Positions 39,342-51,715 of a stretch of 64,000 nucleotides of DNA are shown here, piece after piece. A program made the position numbers and the translations under genes. The notes under the pieces were generated by a model, which worked only from the letters and a program-made list of their open reading frames with translations, was not told the origin of the DNA and made no database searches. This stretch comes from Trichosphaerium sp. ATCC 40318. Lineage: Eukaryota > Protista > Tubulinea. The stretch covers positions 197,233-261,232 of the forward strand of contig JALMLS010000208.1 of assembly GCA_038496445.1 (NCBI GenBank), read 5' to 3'. Within the stretch, counting starts at the first letter, position 1; each line of letters starts with the position of its first letter.

Positions 39342-40370
39342 TGTGTGGTCTTAAAAATATGAGTGTTAAGCTTTGACACATGTCTTAAGAAAGCTGCGCA
39401 ACACAAGTGTTTGATTTGACGAATTTCGTCAAAAGAACTTGTGTTAGGTGAATACGTAGTTGCTTCAGTTTGTCTTAAAAGGCTTCTAACGTTCCGTAGA
39501 TCACTCCAGTAGGAAGAATGATGTTCTATGTTAGGGTATACGGCCAAGAGTCTTCAGACAAACTTTATACCTAAAAAAGGTGATACTAAGTAGGTATGAA
39601 TGAAACAGACAATAAGAAGAAAATATAGATTATTGAGAACATCAATAACAAACTCAATGTCTGGCTTGTTTAAAAGCAAGTAACAACTCATTCCACACCT
39701 GTCTGTAAAGTATACCAATAAAATAGCAGATTTCTTACATCACATAAAGTTAATACCACAAAGTATATATCGGGCTTATTTGGTTGATCTATTTTGTAAA
39801 GAACTGATTTACTAACATTGTACAAATAGCTTTTAGTGTTTATCACTGAGATGCTAACGCAATCGAAGACCAGAAAAGAAGAGTGTAGAGGTGGCAAATA
39901 CCGGTCGGATACCGGTCTGGTTTCAAGATATAGGTTTTCAGTCCGTAACCGGTCCACGATTTAGAACAAGAAAAAAAAAAAAGTGATATTCAAACATGCC
40001 ACAAAAGTATACAGCCATCTTATGTGCATGCACACAGTGAGTAGGTCAATGGATGGATCATGTATTGTTTTCAACACGTACCCTCATAGTACTAAAACAT
40101 CCGTGCATATAAATTCTAACGAACACTACCGTACTAACCGAGCTTTCTATTCAAGAATAAACCGATTCGGAATTTCAACCGTTTTTACCCTTTGACCGTT
40201 CTATGAGTTAGCTCTCTACCTGATACCACTAACAAATGATTTGGGCTAAATTGAGATTAGGATGTGACAAAAGAATGGAAGATCACAGAGAATAGTTCCG
40301 TAGATATCAAATGTCAACATACTTCTCTAAGTTGTAAAATGTCAAAGTGAGTCTTTTTTTTGAGTTGCAA

Positions 40371-40946
40371 ATGGCCAATAATAACGTTAACGCATACTAT
40401 ATTGATAGACTTACAAGACTGCAAGAGCTATGTGACAGGTATAGAACCGCTTATGAACAAGAAAGAGAGGACAAAAATGCACAAATAGAACAACTTCAAA
40501 TCTTCCATAGACAGTATGAAGAGCGCACTGAGAGCGAAAAAGGACAAATCGTTAATCTTTGTGTTTGTCAAAAAAAAGCATTATTTCAATTGCTCACGCA
40601 ATGGTTAAAGGCTCGCCTACGCGAAAGACAACCAGCAGCACCTGTTCAGCGATACCGACATGACCAACAAGTAGAACCAGCATACAATCATCCGAGGAGA
40701 CATAGTTTTACCACTGGACATGTACACGTCCATTCAACGCCTGAGCTGAATAGGTAAGGTGTTCTTGTAAGGTTAAATCTCACGATGAATTCTATTAGTG
40801 AGAAACAGTTTGATCCTCTTGATTATGACCCTAGAACCAGCCAGCAGCAACTGTATGATTGGGTGCGTCATATAGACTTTAAAACAAGACAATTGTTCGC
40901 CATATTAATTTGTGATAGCAACAAATGCCTTGACGCCATCTCGTAA
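40371..40946 (+). CDS. Hypothetical coiled-coil protein
   Basis: MANNNVNAYYIDRLTRLQELCDRYRTAYEQEREDK... heptad-like; a plausible intron after 40754 leads to TAA at 40944-40946. Confidence 0.4.
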
Positions 40947-41442
40947 TAATTGTACCACCGAGAGCTTGTAAAACAGTGAATTCTTAATGTTATTGTAGCA
41001 TTTTTAGCTTGTTTTTGAGTAGTCCCGCTGTAGGAGCAGCTGTTGCCTATTTTATCAAGTGATAGCTCGTTCTATGGCGTTTTAGCTGTAAAGACCTCCC
41101 AAGTTACAACTTTTTCGTGTAGTGTATTAAATCGCGTAATTATGTGTTTTCAGATAATACAGAAGGTTTGAGAACAAAACCTGAGGCTTGCTGAAAAGCA
41201 CTTCGAGAAGTGGTAGTAAATGAAAGTAAAACTGTTTTCAAAAAACTCATGACATTTCATTTGAACTATCACATTCTTTGCTTCCCATCTATTTCAATGA
41301 CACCAAAATTTAATCCAGTGTACACATCAAGTTGTGTAACAGATTTCATCGGATTTTTTAACAGCCACTCGCAAAGATCTAAAAAAGGATAAAACAAAAC
41401 CTGTCACGTGACTAAAAAATTTTGGTTTAGGTATATACTACC

Positions 41443-41483
41443 CCTTGCTTTTTCCCTGCATTTTGGGCAGGGAAAAAGCAAGG
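41443..41483. repeat. Perfect 17-bp inverted repeat with 7-nt loop
   Basis: CCTTGCTTTTTCCCTGC-ATTTTGG-GCAGGGAAAAAGCAAGG. Confidence 0.9.
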
Positions 41484-42103
41484 TAAACAACTTGTTTTCG
41501 TACTTCCTATGAGTTGAGTGCCACAAGTATGAGTGATACCGGATGAAGTGACTTCAATATACCATATTTAGATATATTCATGTGTCCACAAGAAAAGGGT
41601 GCATAACGCATATAAACGCTTTCCTATGTTAGCATACGTGCTTACGTACCCCAAAGGTCAGGTTTATAGTTTACAATGTCATCCACATGTCTTGAGGCAA
41701 TTTACGTCTATTGCAGCTTGCAAACGCGATTTTAGATACTCCATCGCTAATTACTTCATTTGCTGGCTGGCACGCAGTAAGCGCTAAAACTCATAGAAAA
41801 TACGTACACAGTATACTACTTGTATTAACACAATAAGTATCGCTACTAGGCGACCAAGCACAGTCATTTACACAGTTGCACCCTTCAATGAAGACAAAGC
41901 GAGTAAGTGAGCAACTTAGTTGCGCCAGCATTGTGACTTTAATGAAAACAATTTACGTTAAACTTGTTATCCAGTGTTTTATGTACATAAAAACTTGATT
42001 GCTCAAGTGTATTTCAACCCTCGCAATCTTAGTGTAGGTGTAAAATACCATAAAAGGAAGACAATTTGATGAAATTTAATATAAAAAACGGAAATAGACA
42101 AAA

Positions 42104-45100
42104 ATGGTCACTGAAATTAAGCAATTACAGTACAACACTAAACAGTACGCCTATAAAGCTTGGCAACTTAGTTTTATGGCCACTACTGAAAAGCCACGCC
42201 TTGGTAAAACCTATAATTGCGCCTGCTGTTTCAGAAAAATTAAACATGGTGAAATACGCTATGGATGCACCTCTAGTTCATGTACAAAGACTAGTTTTTG
42301 CGTTGAATGTAAAAACGCGAATATTCATTCAAAACATACTCTTTTCCCTGAAGAAGGTACTTATTGGCTAATCAGACGCCTAAACTATCGTTTAAAGTAT
42401 AGTTTGATTCGAAATGTTAACGCCTGGTTAATTTAGTGTTTAAATACCATCGAAAACACCTAGTTTCAGCTGATACAGTATCAGGATCACTTTGGTACGT
42501 CAGGCTTTACGGTTGTTTGTTAATTGAATCGTAACGTATCAAAAAGGAAGGCGTTCCTTCTATACGCCAATAGACCAGCTATTGGTTATCAAACACCTGA
42601 AATGACAGAACCAAAATGGCTTTCTTACAGAGATCTACATAAGCTTGTTTTTCGATTTCGTTGTGTTCTTTCAGAACGTCTTGGATTATGTCGTGGAGAC
42701 TTTGTTGGTATTTCAAGTGCTAATTGTATAGAATGGATAATAGCTGACTTGTCTTGTATTACACTTGGAATAATCCCCGTGCCAATACACGTGCCATTTG
42801 GTACTTGATTTTTTGTAATTATTTCCTCATTGCCTTTTTGTTTATGCTATGGTCACGTTAATGTACGATGTCTTTAGATGCAACCCAAATATCGACAGTT
42901 GTAGATAAGACAAAAATGACGTGTGTTGTATGCTCAAAGGCTTTGAGTGAAAAGGCAAGTTTAAACTGTCCTGAAATAGAATACCGACATACTTGAGGTA
43001 GTTTCTGAATGTTAGAGAGCAAACAGATTCGCTAAAGAAACTGGTTGTGATAGGAGATGTTGCTACCGACAAGAACAAGAATATATATTCCTACACATCG
43101 CTTATCGACGATATACCAGAACCTACAGATGAGCAACTAAAGTTCTTTATCGATCCTTCTTCACCGAACGATATATTTGCTGTAGTGCCAACAAGTGGCT
43201 CCACTGGCGTGCCAAAGGCAACTACATATTTCTAATAGTTGTAGATATATCTAATCTTGCTTGTTAGTGCGTAATGTTTAAAGTGGGTGCTTATCTATGT
43301 GATACTCTTCGTGTTTTTTATGGACAAGGAAGCAGTTTGCTACATGCTCCTTTTGCTTATAGTACTCGAAGAACAATAATTAGATCACTTATTCATGGAA
43401 CACGTCTTGCCTTATCAACTAATGCAAGTATACGTTGGTGTCCCCTTTATGTCTTTCTAAAAAATAAGTTAGGGATCAGCTAACGTGTTTCAAGATATGT
43501 ATGTGTTCAAGCCAACAAGAATAAGTGGTATGTTTTTTATTCTTTGAAATACATTTACTTGTTGTTCGTACTTACTTGAGCGGTAAGGTGTCCCTCGATT
43601 TTGGCAAATCTTATATTTAAGATATCAAGATCTACTTGAGGAATACAAAAGAAGACATAAAAGTCATACAGTAAGTAGCACTGCCGTTATAAAGTGAGTT
43701 CACAGGACAAAAATTTTAGCCTTTTGATGAAAATGTTGTGCGGAAAGATTTTTACGAGAGGCTTGGCGGACAGCTTTCTGGTATTTCTATTGGAGGTGCA
43801 TCGGTACCAAGAAAGATATTGAAATGGATGAAGAGGTACAAAGCATTTTTCATTCAAATCTAACGCACGTGGTGTAGCACATTTGGCGAAACGACGAATA
43901 TTTATGAAGGTTATGGTATAACTGAAATCGGCGGTATTTATTCAAACAATAAGATCAAATCAGCTGCACAAGTTAAACTTGTTGATTGGCAAGAGTATAA
44001 AGTAACAGATAAACCTTATCCACGTGGTAAATATCGTCAAAAGTTCACACAACAAAAAAAGGAGGTTTCTTTTTCTATTTCAGTAACTCTTTGTAACAGG
44101 TGAGATTTGTGTTAAGAAACCATCCATGTTCTGTGGTTATTATGGAGACGAAGCAAAGACGTAATTTACAGAAATGCTACTTGTGCAGTATTAATAAACT
44201 AAAGGGCTGAGGTTATTGATAAAGAAGGCTATTTCCACACAGGTGATATAGGAAGACTTGATAATGGTAACCTTGTCATTGTGGATAGGTATGTGTTCAA
44301 ACATACTACTAAATTCATGTACTCTAAACATTGTTTAGGAAAAAGTCGTTGTTCAAGCTTTCTCAAGGAGAGTTTGTTGCGTATGTACAAACAAATATGT
44401 TTTACTTGCATATATTTATATTGTTGTAGGCCTGAACGTTTGGAGAATATTTACGAACGGAGTGAGTTTATAGATCAGATATTCATTTGGGGAAACGTGC
44501 AAAAGAGTTATATTATTGCAGTTATCATCCCAAATGAGGAAGCTGTCCTAAATTGGATTCAAAACACCAAAGAACCTCCAGTGCGTTGCATTAAAACCCA
44601 AATCCCTTTTAATATGGTTTGGGTTAGAAGAGTGTTGATGACGCCCTCACGGATAAAAGGTTGATAAATGATATTATGGATACTATAAACGATCTTGCTA
44701 AGAAAGCACACGTGCGTCATTGAGCATCATTTCTTGAGATGAGTTGTTTTGTGCTAAGTTTTTTAAATCTTTACTAGGTCCGGCGCTATGAAATACCTTC
44801 TGGTATAATACTCTCAAACCACAGGTGGACACCGATGAATCAATTATTAACGCCTTCTCTAAAGCTAAGAAGACCGTTACTGGAAAAACATTATCGTACT
44901 TCATTAGAAAAAGAAATGGATGTTATAGACAACCAAAGTGGTTCTGTTACAGCTAATACTAAAGGTACAATGGTGGGTTATTTGTGGGTTTTCTTTTATA
45001 AGTATTAACACTAATTAAGCTACTGGAATGGCGTCAATCTTAAATAGAGTTCTACAACTCGATGCAAACAGAGATATTTCAAAAGCAGATGATTTTTCTT

Positions 45101-47092
45101 CTCTTGGCGGAGATTCAATGGCAGCTGCTCAAGTAAGATATCTTCACAACTAACTAACGTATGTACTTTAAATAGCTTGTTAAGATTGTTAAAGATGAAA
45201 TGGACGTTGATATTTCTGTACAATCGCTTTACGAAGTTGAAGGGTCAGTCTAACAAGCTTGTTCTCTTTTTTTTCTTTCTTTTGATTTTGTCTTTTGTGC
45301 TTCACTCAGAACAAGTACGTTGTTAATATAACATCTAGACTACGCCAACTTGCAGATTACGTTGATGGTGCTTCATTACTACCGAGTGAGCCTGTAGAAG
45401 TGAATGGAGACTTACAAATCTTCGACTGGGCTTCTGAGACCTCCCTTGATGATGATTTCAAACCAAACACGTCTTATAGCGGCCCTAAAGGAAGCGATGT
45501 ATTTCTCACTGGTGCTACAGGATTTGTTGGGTGTTTTCTTTTGAAGGAATTATTGGATAAAACAACCTCTAAAATTCTATGTTTGACACGTTTGAAAGAG
45601 TGTTCAAAAGATCAATCTCTTAATGAGAAACTTGCGAAAGAAAGGATTGAATCTACTGCAAAAAAGTTTGGGATATCTCTAGAAGGATACAACGAAAGAA
45701 TTATACCTGTACACATCATGCACAAAACGACCTTTTTGCTTTTTGTTTTTATTCTGTTGACTAAATGTTTTGTTCAAGATTGTTGGAGATTTGTCACAAC
45801 TGAGGTTTGGACAAAGTGACAAAGACTTTTCTACGTTGGCTTCACGTATAAATACTATATATCATTGCGGTGCTATGGTGAATTTTATAAAGCCTTACTC
45901 AGCACATAAACCCGCAAATGGTACCACAAAAACGTCTTTCTCAAAATACTTACTTTTTACCTATAATAGTGACAGGGACACGTGAGGTTATTAAACTTGC
46001 TTCTATTGGATATCCTAAACCTATACACCATATATCTACATTATCAGTATTCCCACCTGGCTTTCCCGTATGTTAACAGACTTTAACGCCAATGCTAACC
46101 TAAGGTTACAGATAAAACGAGAGGAGGAAATTACTGACAAAACTCATAAAATGAGTGGATACGGGTACCTTTTTCATAGAATGTTTGCGTTTGATATGGG
46201 CTAACAAGTAGTAAGGTTAAGCAAGCTTGTTTCTGAAAAATTGTTGTTAAAGGCAAAAGCAAGAGGACATCCAGTAGTCGTGTATAGACTTGGCACAATA
46301 ACAGGTGAGATTGACTGATTTCTGATTTAAAGAAAAAACCGTTATTCTCTCTATACTTACTTTCTTTGCAATTTTTACCACTTACTTCATATTCTTTTCA
46401 TTTCCTTCTTCATCTTCTGATTGTTTCTTTGCGTTTAAAAAAACCTGACAGTTTTTTGCATTATTTTGTTGTTAACTTTTTACTTGTACAGGCCACTCTG
46501 TCACTGGCAACTGCAATGAAACAGACTATATCAATAGACTAATTATTGGTATAATCAATGCAAAGTGTATACTGTCATATGATAAAGCAGCATATAAAGT
46601 CGTACCTGTCGATACATGTGTACAAAAGATAGTTCAAATAAGGCACAAGAAAAACTTTCTTTTGTGTTGCTCTTTGCTAACTATGTTGATAGTTTGATGC
46701 CTGCATTGAAACACTACATATTCCATATAGATCATGAAGGTGAAACAAAGTTATCTCTTGTAATAGATCATGCAAGGAAAAGTGGATATCGCATTGATAA
46801 TGTCGGTATTAAAGATTTTCGAGAAAAAATTAAGAACAAATCAAACCCGCTCTGCGTGTTACAGCATGTTTTCAAAGATGGACACAAATGGCCTAGACTA
46901 GTTACAACAGTGTAAGTAACCTTACCAACCCTCATTTCTTTTATGCTAGCCCTTACCAATTGTAGATGTGACAACACCAATGAAGCATTGAAAGAATCTG
47001 GATTAGAGTTTCCTAAACTTGATGTTAAGCTGATTGATGTCTACTTCAATTATTTTGAGTCCAGAAATCTTATTCACAAGGATTCTAAATAA
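42104..47092 (+). CDS. Carboxylic acid reductase-like NRPS-type enzyme (adenylation-thiolation-reductase) with N-terminal ZZ-type zinc finger; about 20 exons
   Basis: CACC...RYGC....C....FCVEC.....H..H; YANRPAIG, TSGSTGVPK, YEGYGITE, TDKPYPRGEICVK, YFHTGDIG, DRKKSLFKLSQGEFV; carrier FFSLGGDSM; reductase VFLTGATGFVG, YHCGAMVN, GYGLSK. Confidence 0.9.
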
Positions 47093-48089
47093 TAAATTGA
47101 GTTTTGCAACAGTAACCCAACCAAAAACATTCTTCGAAAATATGGGCATAAACTTGAAAGCGTTATCTTGCAAAACCATGTTAAATACCTTTCGGTTAAC
47201 AAGGTTTAATATCTTATTAGTGTACCTTGTTTTATTTTGGTAAGTACCAAATGTTAGAACCCCTGAGCATTGATTTCTACCCAGCATGCTATCAAAGAAC
47301 GATTTTCTTTGTAAGAAAAGTTTATTTACTCACTTAAATAATGCCAGCGAGTTTACGTATATCGGCCTAAGGAAATATGCTTATCCTCTCAAAGCGCTTT
47401 CTAAAAACATGCCAGATATCACGTTCTTGTTTTTTTCGTTTGCACTCTTTCTTTTTTTTCAACAGATGCCAGAAGATCAGATTCGTTTTTAAATCAAATT
47501 AGAATCTATTCTAGTTTACTCTCTTTGACGCACCAAGAATACTATAACAGGTATGTCCATTTTGTTATAACATGTTTGTGGGAAATAGACATGATCTCTG
47601 TCTTTGTCAAGCCAAAACCTGCCAAGAAACAGTCAGCAAAACGGAAGAAAACAATGTGTTTCGTGTTAAATCCAGTACTTTGGTACATTACGTGCTACAA
47701 ATTGTGTTACCAAACAAGATGAGATTTCCTAGGCTTAAATCCGTAGTTGTTCTAACAACATGTATCAAAACAATTGATCAAACAACGTTATAGTATCGTA
47801 GTACCTACAGGGAGCTGTTTTCCTTCCCATTGCTGCCTTACATGCTGTTTAAAGCCACGGAAACAATGGTTTTCTGTGAAGTAAGCTATGTCATTGATAC
47901 CTCCCCCACACGTAGTAGTGCAGCGTTGGGATTAGTTCAACAGCAAAAGCGTCCACCTCATAGTAGCAAAAAAGGAAGTCTAACTTAAAGCTGTTGTAAG
48001 TTTGGCACCTGGTTCTTTTTTGACTTAATTTTTTTTTTTTCAACCAGGAACTCGCTCAATGGTGTTCATTCAATTTATTTATCCGTACA

Positions 48090-48185
48090 TTAGAGTTTCT
48101 GATGGATGTTTAAACGCATTGAAAGGTGTGCATTCTTTACACTTAAATTATTGTGAACGTATAAGAGGGGATCAAGGCATGGACT
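48090..48185 (+). pseudogene. Isolated LRR-like fragment
   Basis: VSDGCLNALKGVHSLHLNYCERIRGDQG fits a Cys-containing LRR unit; no complete gene traced. Confidence 0.3.
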
Positions 48186-48858
48186 GGTGTACACGAAATC
48201 CATTTGTTTATGACATTCTACATGGTACAAGAAATTCTGATAGTAAAAATGAAGTACTTTATATACAGGTGGAAGCCGCTGTAAGAAATTAGTAAGAAAA
48301 AATGCACGGATGGAATAATTTAATAAAAAGTGACACTTACCCTATAACAAAAACTGTTAGCAAACATTCAAGAGCTATTATCAAACAGTCGAGTACCAGT
48401 GTCTCCAACTTTGACAGAAAATCAAAAACTGTCTGCATAATGTGTGCAGTTAAATTCTTTTGAATATTTGTTTAGACAGCTTGCAGAAACATTCTCAGTG
48501 CTAATGCATCTAGCACTACTTACTTATGTGAATGGGGCAATCAAATTTCGGTATTTGCACCCTAGGCCATTGGAACACTATGCCTATCAACTAGAGAGCA
48601 CATATCATGAAACTTAACCACAGCAAAGCAATACCAACGCCCTGGTGACAGAGATGACAGTGTCCGTACTACCACAGATGCTTTAATGATATCAAGGTTG
48701 TTTCAATTATGCAATACAAGGGTGTTCAAGCCTTGCCAACTTCTTTGTTCCTCTTAGCTCAGCACAACATGGACATAACATGATCATATTGTGTATTTGT
48801 GTTAACACTTGAAGGAAACATACTAATAGCGAGAAAAGCAATAAATTTGTTTTGTAGC

Positions 48859-49689
48859 TCATTTATATATCATTGGAGATAGTCTTCGAATACAAGTTTG
48901 TCTACCGTCTGCATATACAGGCGCTAAGGTTGGTGCTGTTGTAGTTGGAGTTCTTGTAGTGGGTGGGGGTGTCAAATGTTCAAGTGTTAGTGTTAATGCA
49001 ATGTCTATGGAAAAAGGTCGTATTAGAGGAACCAATACACTAAAAATACGTTAGCTGTCAAGTGCAGCAACAAGAATACTCACGTGAATGAATTCATTGT
49101 ACTTGTAACCACCAGGTTCAGTGAGTTTTCAACAATATTAACAGCTGTTTTACGTTTGTAAGTTAGTACTCTATACTATGTATCATTTGGTTACAACCGT
49201 TTCCCGTACCACTAAAAGAGCCACTAGTGAATGTACATTCTATAGTAGCGGGAAATATACTCTCAGGATAAATACTGATGAGTGAGAGGCTATACTCAAA
49301 ACTATTGTCTGTGAAATCGAGAGTAATAGTAAGCTGATTATCATTGTTATGGTATTCAATAGCGTCATTGGCAATAACAAAGTTAGGAAAGTCTGGTGCT
49401 GTTGTTGTTCCAAAGTCCCAGAAACTAATAGTTGGATCATTGGTTAAAACATAGGTACATACTCCAGTGCTGCCTTCACCTTTGTTGTGGTTAACTTTAA
49501 GGAATAAAGATAAAGGAAAGCCAGCAAAACGCAAAATACATCTCATGCACCTTAGCGTTGTGTATACAGGCTTTACTGATGAAAGAAAAACTCCGGAAGA
49601 AACGTACCAACCATTCCAAGTGAAAAGGACATCAAACCAAAGACACCAAGTATGGATATCACGGATAGGTGATAGGACGAGGTGTACAT
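48859..49689 (-). CDS. Secreted protein related to the head of the 14.3-16.9 kb mucin, with a short PPPTT stalk
   Basis: Signal-like N-terminus; GEGSTGVCTY...IECTF matches GVGDAGVCTY...LTCTM; ends TPPPTTRTPTTTAPT; 3' end uncertain. Confidence 0.55.
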
Positions 49690-50435
49690 GGTTTGACTAT
49701 TAGCAATATTGTAACGAGATGATTCGGGACTTTCTGAAACTACTTTTTCACTGAACATTCAGTGGAATCACGTGATTAGAGAGAACTGTCGTGTTTTAAA
49801 TGAGATATGCTGATTTATGAAAGTAACGCGGCCAGTTCCGAATTTTGAGAATTGCAAAATACGGAGGTTCGTAATAAAATAATGAAGTTGCTGACTTTCT
49901 ATAACAAGCGCTTCCAAAGTATCTTCCGCTTAGCGTGCGGTATTAACACATGGCGTAATAATCCGTTTTAGAGTGTAGGAGACGATTGTTGGACCTTAGG
50001 GGTCATCCATCAACAGAATTGCAAACTAGAAACTATGACGATTGATTATCATTAATTCATTTACATCACCTACAGATGCAACTCTACTACAATGTCTCTG
50101 AAGACCCTTTTTTTTAATCCTTTGGATAGCTTCCATTGTATTACATAGGTACCAGTTGAATGCTAGAAATGAACAATGAAACGTAGGGAGAAGTTGGTAC
50201 AACAACAGTACAGAAAACATCTTTTTTTTTTGTTTGTTTATTACTTGTATACAATTTATCTTACACGTGTCTTTTTTAAAAATATGAGGTTTGTAATTAT
50301 TGTACCACTCATTTTTTCTACTTTTGTTTACCAGAATACAATCCTTTTCGCTCCAAACACCCGAAGGATAAAAATTCTCAAAAAAACGAAAATTTCATTT
50401 TTCTTCTGTGCATTTAGAATATAATGTAACTACTA

Positions 50436-50772
50436 CTAAGTCTCTAGAGCCCTAGATAGCCAATCTAATCCTGGGTATAATCCATCACCAGTTGTTGCAC
50501 AACAAGCTTGAACGTGCTACTTTCTTTTTTTATGACTATGAAGATCTAGAACATCCACAAGCGTGCTTAGTTTAGCAGCACCAGGAAGGTCTTGTTTATT
50601 CCCATATATCAGTAACGGTGCTTCTTCTAGTGTTTCACTCTCTAGGAGCATCTTAAGCTCTTCAGATGCTTCTTGAAAACGTGATGTGTCAAAAGAATCA
50701 ACAACAACAATAATCGCCTGTGTATTCAAAAAATAATGCTTCCATAGAACGCGAACAGCTGTTTGACCACCC
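50436..50772 (-). pseudogene. 3' half of an Arf-family GTPase with an in-frame stop
   Basis: GGQTAVRVLWKHYF...LLIYGNKQDLPGA...KRK*HVQACCATTGDGLYPGLDWL; TAG replaces the conserved Trp; no P-loop exon found upstream. Confidence 0.8.
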
Positions 50773-50919
50773 TAAATAATACTTTCGTTAGTACTCATAG
50801 CAGTATGAACGTTCTCAGAGAATAAGGGAACAACTAAACGGCAAGATTCGGTTTTTCTTTAGCGGTTTAGTTTTTTTCCTTTTCTTTTTTTTACACCTTT
50901 TACATGCAAGAATATGACC

Positions 50920-51680
50920 ATCGCTTACTTGTCCCAAAGGGCAAGAAACTTTGAATTTGTTAGCTCTTTGTTTGTTACGTTACAACAAATATAAGATAGT
51001 TGAGAACTAGTAGGAAAAAAAAGAAACAACTGCTTGCCTTTATCAACGGTGTTATTTTTGAATAAAACACTGAACCTTGGATCTCCTGGGCTCTCTCCAT
51101 ATGGCTTGCGAAAGGTGGGGCATTAACCTCAGTTCCCTTAACAAATAAATAAGTCAAAAAACTCATACAAAGCTCTTACATTAACAACCACAATGTTTTC
51201 TTGAAAAGTAAAGCCGCTCACTTCAAGTGTGTATGGATGTTCATCTTTTGGAGTAAGAAACTAGACATTGTGAACAACAAATTGATAAATCATGAACCAG
51301 ACGGAACGTTTCAAGGCAAGGAAAATAAAAGAAAAACCAAAGAAATGAGCTTCTTACCAATGGCCAAATTTTGGCAATAGTATGTGGATCTAGTCTATCT
51401 GAAAGAAAATCATCATACAGGTTTTTTGTATTCTTGAAAGTGCAGTTGTTTACTCGAATTCCATTGAATGTAGAATTTGGTTCTGCTTCTCTAACAATAA
51501 ACGAAATGTACTCCTACTCAAAAAGATTAAACTACTGTAGTTAGAGTGTCTTATGTAAGTACTATTGCTGAAAAGGCAAGAGTCTAAGGATATGCTGCTA
51601 CCGGATACATCAAGACTAGTTTTCATTTGAGATACTTCAACACGCTCTAAGGTAACTGTGCTCGCTAATAAAGAAGTCAA
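50920..51680 (-). pseudogene. Orphan internal exons of a beta-helix-like protein
   Basis: VTLERVEVSQ...SISLDSCLFSNST and further spliceable exons; begins at an acceptor AG abutting the MORN gene 3' end, with no start exon. Confidence 0.4.
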
Positions 51681-51715
51681 CTAAGTTCCCAAAATTTCAA
51701 TAAACTAAGTTATTC

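Noticed and set aside
39338-39547. ATGA stop/start overlap suggesting operon-like translational coupling
   Set aside because: The upstream ORF has no ATG start or recognisable similarity; such overlaps arise by chance in AT-rich DNA.
8920-47092. U12-type (AT-AC or RTATCCTT) introns and intronic snoRNAs
   Set aside because: The introns I traced use GT/GC-AG without the U12 5' consensus, and no clear C/D box pair was seen in the RRP9 introns.
50517-50519. TAG at a conserved Trp as evidence for stop-codon reassignment or readthrough
   Set aside because: TAG terminates other genes here (18421, 32171), conserved genes use TGG for Trp, and the Arf fragment lacks its 5' half; a pseudogene or base error is simpler.
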